This document shows positions 37,269 to 46,395 of a stretch of 64,000 nt of DNA, in pieces (within the stretch, counting starts at the first letter, position 1; every line of letters begins with the position of its first letter). The stretch is taken from IMG/VR virus record IMGVR_UViG_3300042358_000005, positions 1 through 64,000 of that record; one strand, written 5' to 3'. Made by a program: the position numbers and the translations under genes. This DNA comes from a virus (taxonomy: Duplodnaviria > Caudoviricetes). The notes beneath the pieces are model-generated. The model was not told the origin of the DNA. It worked only from the letters and a program-made list of their open reading frames with translations, and searched no databases.

Positions 37269-38807
37269 ATGGCTAAGGAAATACAAACACCAGTAGTGTT
37301 ACGAACACAAGTTTATTTAAATGACCCAGACTACTTTTGTAATAAGAGTTGGACTATGTCATATAATTTAAATACTAAGTCATGGATAAGTTATCATAGT
37401 TATATCCCTAATTTCTATATAGGAGAAAACAATTTCTTTTATTCAGGACTTAATGGATGTTGTGATGATGGTGAGAGTGGTGGGTTTCAAGTTATTGCTG
37501 GAGAATTCAATAAAGTGGTACCAACCTCTACATCAACAACAACTTTCTATCCTTCTCCAACTACTACATCTACCACTACAGTGTTAGATTGTATATTAGT
37601 AGGAGCAGCAATTACAACAAGTTGTGAATTAGTAGGTAATGCAATAATCACTGTACCACCTACAACTACTACCACTATATGTCAAAGACCTTCTAATCTA
37701 TTAACTCAATTTATATTTATACAAGGATATACATTAGGAACAGATCCAGAAGTAATATTTATTAGTAGTCTACAAGATGCATGTAATGCATTACCTGCTA
37801 TTGAGTATGTAGGTAGTCCTACTAATACTGACAGTAGTACAGTGAATACATTTAATGGATATGCAAATACTACATCAACAGAATTAGAAATTGGAAACAT
37901 AGTTTATTATGGTGATTCATTAGATTGTACATTTGTTCCTGATGGATGGTATTATGCTTATTCTCCTTTGTTAGATTTTATTTATCAGATTGTAGGAGGA
38001 GTGGTTGTAACAATAACAACATGTGATTGTGGAATAACTACATCTACTACTACAACTATGCCTGTAGTATCAGAGTGTTGTGGAATTTTATTAGCATCAA
38101 CTGATGCTATTAATTATTTCAATAAGTTAACAAATGTAATAACTCCATTAAATGTACCAGGATATACAACTTCTTCAGGTATAGCTATGACAACAGATAA
38201 GTTATGGTCTATTAATGCTGATATAAAAGAATGGAACATATTATTAAATCCATTTTTAGCAACGTTTAATAGAACAATAACTCTTCCTGGAGGATTTACT
38301 ACATCATCTGGAATTGTTGCTTTAAATAATACAGCATTGATTGCTATAGATAGTTCAGCATCTCCACAAGAAGTTGTAGAATTAAACATTACTACATTGA
38401 GTGCATCTGCTGCTATTCAGTTTACGTTACAAGCTAATAGACAAGCTTCTGGTAATCCATTATATATACAGACAGGTCAGATAATTATAATCAATCAAGA
38501 TGTCATATCTTCTGATTATTATATTACACAATACAATTATTCTACAGGAACACTTGAACTTGATATTAATATTGGAACTGTAGAAGGTGTTACATTATTT
38601 GAATGTGATTGTGATATTTATGTTACAGATGCATCTGGACACATGTATGTAATAATTAAAGCATTCCCTTATGTATTATTATATCTAGGATATAGTATTA
38701 ATTTAACATCTATAAGTTCTGCTACTCAAATTGGAAGCTGTATAGTTAGTTCTATCACTGGAAATAGTAATGTACCAACAACAACAACCACTACAACTAT
38801 CCCTTAA
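37269..38807 (+). CDS. Tail stabilisation protein middle fragment plus Cys/Thr modules and a beta-propeller-like C-domain
   Basis: N-terminal FCNKSWTMSY..WISYHSYIPNFY continues the stabilisation-protein pattern. Confidence 0.6.
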   Translation: MAKEIQTPVVLRTQVYLNDPDYFCNKSWTMSYNLNTKSWISYHSYIPNFYIGENNFFYSGLNGCCDDGESGGFQVIAGEFNKVVPTSTSTTTFYPSPTTTSTTTVLDCILVGAAITTSCELVGNAIITVPPTTTTTICQRPSNLLTQFIFIQGYTLGTDPEVIFISSLQDACNALPAIEYVGSPTNTDSSTVNTFNGYANTTSTELEIGNIVYYGDSLDCTFVPDGWYYAYSPLLDFIYQIVGGVVVTITTCDCGITTSTTTTMPVVSECCGILLASTDAINYFNKLTNVITPLNVPGYTTSSGIAMTTDKLWSINADIKEWNILLNPFLATFNRTITLPGGFTTSSGIVALNNTALIAIDSSASPQEVVELNITTLSASAAIQFTLQANRQASGNPLYIQTGQIIIINQDVISSDYYITQYNYSTGTLELDINIGTVEGVTLFECDCDIYVTDASGHMYVIIKAFPYVLLYLGYSINLTSISSATQIGSCIVSSITGNSNVPTTTTTTTIP

Positions 38808-38808
38808 C

Positions 38809-39675
38809 ATGACAAAAATAATAACCATAAAATTAGTACAAACTGGACCAACTGCTGGACCATTTAACATTAGTGATCTTTCTGGAAATATTATAGCTGA
38901 GAATGTTTCTAGAAAAACATTAATTGAAGGTATAAGTTATGTAGTAGATGTTAGTGTTGATACAATTATTCTTAAATCTATAGGTGATTGTGAGTTGACT
39001 GTAACTGTACCATTGAAAAGATTTAATATAGTAGAGTATCAGAATATAAAATATACACAATCTGCAACTGGGTGTTTATGGAGACATTTAACAAACATAG
39101 AAAAGTATAATGAATTCTATGGACATATAGAACCATACATCATTGAGTATCCTTTTGCATATCAATTTCAAGATGAAATCCTTCAGAATGTAAAAGATTA
39201 TACTAAGGCATATGAATATCTTCCTATACGTGATGGTGTGTTTAATGATAATGTAAGAATAGAAACAAATAACAAATGGTTTAATAAAGCTGTTTTATAT
39301 AATGGACAACAGAGTTCTGGAGTGCTTGAATTGGTTGCAAAACCTTTACATAATATGAAAGCTTATATGCAATATCCTATTCTTAATGCTGAGAGTAAAA
39401 CTATCACTTATACTAAGAGTGATAACTTCTATCAGTATAATACATTCTGGGCTGCAGAGATAAGTTCTCAGATTCCATTATTTAGCACATCGTGTGAAAG
39501 TCTTTCAATAGATAAGATAGTGAATCAAAAGAATATGGACTATGGTCCTAGAAGTTTCAAGAAAGCAACACTAAGAGCAAAAGAATTAAAGGTGAGACAT
39601 ATACTAGATAATAGTTCAACAACACATCTAGTGTCTCAATTCATAACAGCACCTGCACAAATATCATACAAGTAA
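38809..39675 (+). CDS. Tail stabilisation protein C-terminal fragment with an N-terminal GPFN domain (probable start 38809)
   Basis: LWRH..YNEFYG..PYIIE, FNKAVLYNGQQSSG, LRAKELKVR. Confidence 0.6.
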   Translation: MTKIITIKLVQTGPTAGPFNISDLSGNIIAENVSRKTLIEGISYVVDVSVDTIILKSIGDCELTVTVPLKRFNIVEYQNIKYTQSATGCLWRHLTNIEKYNEFYGHIEPYIIEYPFAYQFQDEILQNVKDYTKAYEYLPIRDGVFNDNVRIETNNKWFNKAVLYNGQQSSGVLELVAKPLHNMKAYMQYPILNAESKTITYTKSDNFYQYNTFWAAEISSQIPLFSTSCESLSIDKIVNQKNMDYGPRSFKKATLRAKELKVRHILDNSSTTHLVSQFITAPAQISYK

Positions 39676-39676
39676 A

Positions 39677-40357
39677 ATGGCAAAAGGTTGGTTAGACAAT
39701 TACGGTAAACAAGAGAATTATAATAATTCTAAAACCTCTGTTCCTGAAGGATATGAAGGAGAAGGATATTCTATGAAAGGAAGAAACTATTCTCCTGCAT
39801 GGGGTGGACAATTTCAAATGGGTGGATCTGTCTATCCAGTTAACTATGTTCCTCAAGCAGCGATGGGTGGAACTATAGCAGGAGCTGTAGGTTTCTCATA
39901 TGCACGTACACAAGGAGCTGCTCCTAGTAAAGGACCACATAGAAACAAAGTTGATGTTACAGATGCTTCTGCACAGAATGGTCAAGAGATGAACTATTAT
40001 AAAAATGGATTAGATTGGAAACCTAAGAGTATAAGTAAAGGTGGCTCTATAATTAAAGATGAGATGGGTCAATGGAATCACCCAGGAGAGATAACAGAAA
40101 TATCAGGAGATACAATGGCAACACATGGATACGGTGATATACCATTGTATGTAGTTCCAGATAAAGGTGAGCCTAGATTAGTACAACCTAATACAGGAAT
40201 ACAAAAGTTTCCAGGAGCAAAGAAGTTTACAGAATATCCTGTATCTCAAAATGGATTAAGACAAGAACAAAAGAGTTTGCAGAATTTAGATAATCTAACT
40301 AACTTTACAAATTATAATAAACCACAACCAGGAGGCTGGCTAAACAAATACAATTAA
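39677..40357 (+). CDS. Putative virion cargo/ejection protein
   Basis: Gly-rich with repeated xQxGG motifs; terminal repeats GWLDNY/GWLNKY. Confidence 0.55.
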   Translation: MAKGWLDNYGKQENYNNSKTSVPEGYEGEGYSMKGRNYSPAWGGQFQMGGSVYPVNYVPQAAMGGTIAGAVGFSYARTQGAAPSKGPHRNKVDVTDASAQNGQEMNYYKNGLDWKPKSISKGGSIIKDEMGQWNHPGEITEISGDTMATHGYGDIPLYVVPDKGEPRLVQPNTGIQKFPGAKKFTEYPVSQNGLRQEQKSLQNLDNLTNFTNYNKPQPGGWLNKYN

Positions 40358-40358
40358 T

Positions 40359-43300
40359 ATGAAGGCACAAATTTTAAAAATCGCTGGTGTTAAATCTGAA
40401 AAGGAGTTCTACAAAAAATATCCATCAGAGAAAGCATTTATGAAACAACATGGCAAAGCTTTTAAGAAAGCTCAGATAGGTGCTATGATGGATAATAATA
40501 ATAATGGTATTCCAGATGCTGTAGAAAATCCAAATAACACAAGTGCATTAGGTGCTCCTGGATTTGGACAAACTGCTAACTATGCAGACACTCTAGGATA
40601 TCAGAGTCAACCTTCATATTTACCAAAACCTCCTATGCCAGTTGATGATAATTATACGCCAATGGTTGAAGGTTATCCTCGTCAATCATTTACAGATGCT
40701 GAAATAGCAAAACAGAATGAGCAAATAATTGATCCTTCTACTAATGAAAAACAAAAGGGTCCTGGCTTTAATATGACAGGTGCAGCAAATGTAGTTACTG
40801 GAACTAAAGAAGGGTTAGATGCATTAACTGCAGAACAGAAGTTAACAGATAAAATGAGAACCTGGGCTAATGTTTCTGATGTAATTAAAGAAGCTGGTAT
40901 ATCAAATGCATATTTACAAAAAGAACCAAACAAATGGCTTAGAGCAGATGATCCTAGATTCACACATAACATTGGTGAACTATATCGTCCACAAGGAAGA
41001 GGAAGTGATGTTATTAGCCAGAATGGATCTTCTATTGGAGGTAATCCTACAGAGATACAAAACACTTATTCAGATGGAGTTACATTATATGATGATCTTG
41101 GATATGCACCACTTGATGCTAATGAATATAATAATGATGCCAATAATGTAAAAGCATTTCAAGGTGGTGGAGGATTTGGAAGTTGGTTTGGACAAGCTAC
41201 TAATTCATTAGGTGGAGATAGTGCTAAAGGATTCATGGGTAATATGGGAGGTGGAAGTCCATTTGATTCTATGATAGGTGGTGCCTTTGGAAATAATGCA
41301 GGAAGTAAAATAGGTGGTTCTATTGGTAGTGTATTTGGACCAGTTGGATCATTAGTTGGTACAGCTATTGGAGGATATGCTGATAAGGAAGGTGGTAAAC
41401 AAGCATTTGCTCAAAGTAGAATTAATTCAAATCAATCATTTTTAAATAGACTTAGTGCTACAGGTGGTATACATAATCAATTTTCACAAGTTACTCAGAA
41501 TGGTGGAGACCTTGCTATGTATGAAGAAGGAGGATATATGAATCCTGAATATAATCCACAAGTGATTGCTATGTTTGGTGATCATAATGCACAAGACTTT
41601 GCTGACTATGCACATAAAGATGTAGCAAGAGCAGGTGGACATTTAAAAGAATATACAGCTCCTAGTAATAGAGCTATGGAAACTTTTGCATTAGGTGGTA
41701 AACTTCAAAGTCATTGGGGTGGAAATGTTGAAGACATATCTTATAATCCTTACATGCCAGGTTCTGGTAAAACAGCAATGATTAACGGACCTTCACATAA
41801 TAATGATGGTGTAGGAATTAGTTATGGTAATCCACAGAATGGATACAATGAAGGTTATGCTGCAAATGGTGCAGAGATGAAAGCACAAATAGAAGGTGAA
41901 GGAGGAGAACCTGTAATTGAAATGGCAGAAGGTGGTAATATAAATCCTCAAACAGGAGAACAAGAAACATCTGCTGTAGTGGCTGGTAACATACCAGTTA
42001 GTTTAGATATGGCAAAGCTTACTGAAAACCCTGATCTTATAAGAATAGCTACTGACAATCCTAATCATACATTTAAAAAAATAATTGCTAGTTATTCTAA
42101 TGGTGAGAACAAAGCAAATAAATTAAAAGAACAAGCTGCTGATATATCAAATGAAGCAGACAAAACTAAGTGGGGAAAACTAGATGAACAAACTGCTTTT
42201 ATAAAAGATAAATCTGGAGATATGGAACTTAAAAGAATTGCTAAAGATAAGATGTTACTTGCTAACTATCAGAATGTACTACATAAGATTAAAGACGAAA
42301 TTTCACAAGCTAAAGGTAAAAATATTAGTGCAGAAGCATTAGGTAAAGGATTAATAGAAATAGATAAAGATCCTATTACTAAGAATGCACCTTTGACTCA
42401 AACTGCTAAATTTGGAGCCAGTCTTATGAAAGCTCAGAACAGTGCTACCATTACCCCAACTGATGGAGCTCCACGCCTTACACAAGAACAATATAATAAA
42501 CTTGTATCATTATATGAGCAAGGTAAGAAAGATAAAAAGAGTCCTGCTATAAAAGAGTTCCAACATTTATATCATCAATTCTTTCCTAAAGAAGCTGTTG
42601 AAGCAATTCAAAAGACTACTAAAGAAAGAGGTGTGACATCTAAAGGAAAACAAATGGGTCTTACTAAAGAAGATATTCTTTCAGGAAAAGATACTGGTAG
42701 AATATTAGAAAGTAACGAAGATGAATTCTTTGGACCTAGAACAATACAGTATATGTCTAATATCAATACTGATTTTAATAAAACACCTCCAACAAAAGAT
42801 TTACAATTAAAAGGTCTTGGTACACCATCTACCACTGGAGAAACTTCTACTAAATCACCAATTGATGTAGTTCCTTATAAAGGAAATAGAATAGGAGAGA
42901 TTGCTGGTCTAGTTTCTAGTTTGTTTCAAAATAATAGACTACCAGGTATTGATCCACGTCAGTTTGCTAAAGAATATTTAGCTATGGCTACTAATGCAGT
43001 GGAACCTGTTCAATCTCAGAGATTACAACAACAACTAGATCCTTTATATCGTGTGAGTTATGAAGATATTAGAAATCAAACTACTGCAGATTTTAGAGAA
43101 GCTGAGAGACAACTAGCAGGTAACCCAGCAGCATTGGCAAGTTTATATAGTAAAAAGTTTATGGCAAACCAACCAGGTTATGCTGAAGAGTTTAGAACTA
43201 ACCAAGCTATTGAAGATAAAATATTTGGTGGTAATAGAGCTAAGATAAATCAAACTGCTGCTGCAAACATACAACTAGATGCTGCACAAAGAGATTTACA

Positions 43301-43715
43301 AGAGAAAGCAAAATCTATTACAAAGGAAACACAAAGAGAAGCTATTGGATCTATTGCTGACAAGACTCTTCAACATGAAGCTCGTAATTTAGAATATAAT
43401 ATTAAGAGTAACTTGTTCCCTAAATTTGGATATGATCCTTCTGGTAAAATACATACGCAAGGACCATGGTTCCAACCAAACATCCCACAAGTATATGGTA
43501 GTAACGCAACGTTATCTCAAGTTCCTATATATGGTGCTGATGGTAAAATAACAGGTTACCAATTGCAACCCTATGATCCTAATGCTACAACAACAGATAC
43601 AACAACATTAGCTTCTTATGCAACACCTGGTGTAGTTGCTGCTAAAAAGAATGGAGGATCAGTTGTTAAAAATGCTAAGAACAGTTCAGTTGTTAAAGCA
43701 TACAAAAATTTATAA
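40359..43715 (+). CDS. Putative virion cargo/ejection protein with a Gly-zipper membrane segment
   Basis: GSKIGGSIGSVFGPVGSLVGTAIGG; GPSH..DGV; EGEGGE; repeated xxxGG motifs. Confidence 0.65.
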   Translation: MKAQILKIAGVKSEKEFYKKYPSEKAFMKQHGKAFKKAQIGAMMDNNNNGIPDAVENPNNTSALGAPGFGQTANYADTLGYQSQPSYLPKPPMPVDDNYTPMVEGYPRQSFTDAEIAKQNEQIIDPSTNEKQKGPGFNMTGAANVVTGTKEGLDALTAEQKLTDKMRTWANVSDVIKEAGISNAYLQKEPNKWLRADDPRFTHNIGELYRPQGRGSDVISQNGSSIGGNPTEIQNTYSDGVTLYDDLGYAPLDANEYNNDANNVKAFQGGGGFGSWFGQATNSLGGDSAKGFMGNMGGGSPFDSMIGGAFGNNAGSKIGGSIGSVFGPVGSLVGTAIGGYADKEGGKQAFAQSRINSNQSFLNRLSATGGIHNQFSQVTQNGGDLAMYEEGGYMNPEYNPQVIAMFGDHNAQDFADYAHKDVARAGGHLKEYTAPSNRAMETFALGGKLQSHWGGNVEDISYNPYMPGSGKTAMINGPSHNNDGVGISYGNPQNGYNEGYAANGAEMKAQIEGEGGEPVIEMAEGGNINPQTGEQETSAVVAGNIPVSLDMAKLTENPDLIRIATDNPNHTFKKIIASYSNGENKANKLKEQAADISNEADKTKWGKLDEQTAFIKDKSGDMELKRIAKDKMLLANYQNVLHKIKDEISQAKGKNISAEALGKGLIEIDKDPITKNAPLTQTAKFGASLMKAQNSATITPTDGAPRLTQEQYNKLVSLYEQGKKDKKSPAIKEFQHLYHQFFPKEAVEAIQKTTKERGVTSKGKQMGLTKEDILSGKDTGRILESNEDEFFGPRTIQYMSNINTDFNKTPPTKDLQLKGLGTPSTTGETSTKSPIDVVPYKGNRIGEIAGLVSSLFQNNRLPGIDPRQFAKEYLAMATNAVEPVQSQRLQQQLDPLYRVSYEDIRNQTTADFREAERQLAGNPAALASLYSKKFMANQPGYAEEFRTNQAIEDKIFGGNRAKINQTAAANIQLDAAQRDLQEKAKSITKETQREAIGSIADKTLQHEARNLEYNIKSNLFPKFGYDPSGKIHTQGPWFQPNIPQVYGSNATLSQVPIYGADGKITGYQLQPYDPNATTTDTTTLASYATPGVVAAKKNGGSVVKNAKNSSVVKAYKNL

Positions 43716-43787
43716 CCAATTTAATTATAAAGAATTACCAAAATTGATTATTAGTTTTGGATAATTTAATAATTCATATTACATTTG
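43710..43787 (+). promoter_or_regulatory. Dyad operator plus host-type promoter
   Basis: TTATAACCAATTTAATTATAA - 25 nt - TTTG - 20 nt - TACATTTG. Confidence 0.65.
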
Positions 43788-43794
43788 CTTAATT

Positions 43795-46395
43795 ATGGCT
43801 TCATACACAGACACAGTTCCTAAGTTCAACCCCTACGTGAAACAATTACCTATTGAGGCAATGGCTGAAGTGGGTATGTACAAACAACAGAAGTACGACG
43901 AAGGAATACAGAAAATACAAACAAACATTGATAACATCGCTGGACTTGATGTTGTTAGAGATGTAGATAAAGCATATCTACAATCTAAACTTAACCAACT
44001 TGGTAATAACCTTACCACAGTTGCAGCTGGTGATTTCTCTAATTTTCAATTGGTTAATTCTGTTAATGGAATGACTAATCAGATATCTAAAGATCCTAAT
44101 GTATTAAATGCAATATCATCTGCTAAGACTTATAGAAAAGGATTAGAAGATATGGCTGCTGCTAATAAAGATGGTAAAGGATCAGCATCTAACGATTGGT
44201 TGTTTAGAACTGATGCTAGTGGTTGGTTAGATAGTCAAGATGTAAAAAAATCTTTCAGTGGTGGATATAAGCCATATACTAATTACTCAAAGAATGCATT
44301 AGAGGTTATTAAATCATTAGCTAAGAATGAGACCAACAGAGATGTTGCTATTGAAACTGATGCCAATGGTAACACTGTTGTATTAGATGCCATTACACGT
44401 ACAAAGATTGCTGGTATAACTCCTGAGAGAATACAGTCAGCATTGATGGTAGGTCTTAGTCCTAATGACTTTCAACAAATGCAGATTGATGGTAGATACA
44501 ATTATTCAAGTGCATCTCCTGAACAGTTTGTTTCTGATATAAATAAATCATATAAAACTGATTACGATAAATATAAACAACAAAGAGATATATTAGCCAA
44601 CTCTATAGATTCAACTAATTCAGTTCTTGTAAAAAGAAAACTGCAGGAACAAGTTGCTTCATTAGATAAATCATTAAATGGTATATCCTCTGAGTATGGA
44701 AATATAACTAAGTCATTTGCTACTGGTGATGTAGAATCTGCTAAGGCTAGATTACATACTACCAAATGGATGAATAACTTCTCACAAACATTTGCAAATC
44801 AAGAAACATCTCAGACATACGAAAGTAGTCCATTCCAACAAGTTAAACAGTTTAAAGAAACTAAGAAACAAGATTGGAACAAATTTATATTAGGTTATAA
44901 CCAAGATGAAAGGTTTCATCAAGATGATGAGCATTGGAAATCAGAAGCTAATAAATTAGCTGTAAAAAAAGAAGCAAGAGAAGCTGCTGGAGAAGCAGGA
45001 TATGGAGGAGTTCCTTTTTCTGTAGATCAATCTACACTTCCAGAAGTAACATTGGATAAACTTAGAACTGATATAGCTGCTGATGAAATTAATATTGATA
45101 AAGCTGACACTGCTATAATGAAACAGTTTGGTAAAGCTGGCAATGCTGAATGGTTAGATCAACAATTAAAAGCATGGCAAAACTCTCCAGGATCTGTTGA
45201 CCCTTTACTTGCAGCTCATTTTAATAGAACAGCAAGTACAAAAAGAGATATTTTAACTAACTCAGCTATGATAACTGACATTAGTAAACAAGCTGATGAT
45301 GCGTATGGTGAAGTGTATGATAATATTCCTGCTGGTTCTAAACCTGTAACTATTAATTTTCCTAGTGGTTCTTATACATACACACCTAGAGAAATGGTTG
45401 ATTTTAATGATAAAGTTAAAAGATATCAAAAAGTTACTTCTGGTGGTTCATATGGTCCAGGTGGTGGTGCTCCTACAATATCTTATGATGATGCAAAAGC
45501 AAAGTCAGAACTTTCTGCTAAAGAATATTATTTATATAAAGCACAGAAAGAACAAAAAAGTCCTACGCAAAAAACACTTATGGACAATTTAAGATATTAT
45601 AACACCAATGTAAATATGCCATTCCAAAAAACTATAAGAGATAAAAATGATTTTGTAGCAGGTGAAGTTAAATCAAGAATAATGGCAATGCAAGGAGCAG
45701 AGTATGGAGTGGCATTAAATAATGAAGCACAAAAAACTTCATTTGGAAATGCTCTTCAGGGGATGGCAGATCTTGCAGATAAACAAGGAGGAAAATTACC
45801 ATATTCTCCAGAAATGAATACATCAACATTAAGAGAGATAGCAGCAGATGTTCAGAATGCAAATGTAAGAATTGTTGAAGGAACTAGATATGCTCCTGCA
45901 ACATATGAAATTACAGCAGCAACTAAAGGAGGAACTACACAAACGTTTAGAGTTCCTGCAGAAGTATATAGATCTGTGTTTGGAAATAGATTTGAAGCTG
46001 ATCCTGCTATACAAGCAGCTCGTCCTATATTAAATCAAATGATTAGAACAGGAGCTGGAACCACAGCTATTGATGGAGGAGTGACAACACCTGCAAATTC
46101 TTTCTTAGGAAATTTAGATTTTCCAAATAGACAATATTATGGAGTTTCAGGAAATGTTGTACAAGACCAATCTAGTGGACTATATTCTGTTAGAATAAAT
46201 TTAACTGACCCTATCACTAAAGAAATAGTAGTTAAAAATCTTGCTTATCCAAGCGGAGGACTTATTGAAGAAAATAAAATAGCTCCTGCTCTTCAAGGCT
46301 TAACAGATTCTAAAATATTTCAAATGATATATAATAGAAATCCAACAGCTAAAGAATTAGAATTAATAAAACAAGGATCACAAAACCCACAATAA
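43795..46395 (+). CDS. Large virion cargo protein preceding the vRNAP
   Basis: 866 aa; FNPYVKQLP..KQQKYD N-terminus; position. Confidence 0.65.
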   Translation: MASYTDTVPKFNPYVKQLPIEAMAEVGMYKQQKYDEGIQKIQTNIDNIAGLDVVRDVDKAYLQSKLNQLGNNLTTVAAGDFSNFQLVNSVNGMTNQISKDPNVLNAISSAKTYRKGLEDMAAANKDGKGSASNDWLFRTDASGWLDSQDVKKSFSGGYKPYTNYSKNALEVIKSLAKNETNRDVAIETDANGNTVVLDAITRTKIAGITPERIQSALMVGLSPNDFQQMQIDGRYNYSSASPEQFVSDINKSYKTDYDKYKQQRDILANSIDSTNSVLVKRKLQEQVASLDKSLNGISSEYGNITKSFATGDVESAKARLHTTKWMNNFSQTFANQETSQTYESSPFQQVKQFKETKKQDWNKFILGYNQDERFHQDDEHWKSEANKLAVKKEAREAAGEAGYGGVPFSVDQSTLPEVTLDKLRTDIAADEINIDKADTAIMKQFGKAGNAEWLDQQLKAWQNSPGSVDPLLAAHFNRTASTKRDILTNSAMITDISKQADDAYGEVYDNIPAGSKPVTINFPSGSYTYTPREMVDFNDKVKRYQKVTSGGSYGPGGGAPTISYDDAKAKSELSAKEYYLYKAQKEQKSPTQKTLMDNLRYYNTNVNMPFQKTIRDKNDFVAGEVKSRIMAMQGAEYGVALNNEAQKTSFGNALQGMADLADKQGGKLPYSPEMNTSTLREIAADVQNANVRIVEGTRYAPATYEITAATKGGTTQTFRVPAEVYRSVFGNRFEADPAIQAARPILNQMIRTGAGTTAIDGGVTTPANSFLGNLDFPNRQYYGVSGNVVQDQSSGLYSVRINLTDPITKEIVVKNLAYPSGGLIEENKIAPALQGLTDSKIFQMIYNRNPTAKELELIKQGSQNPQ

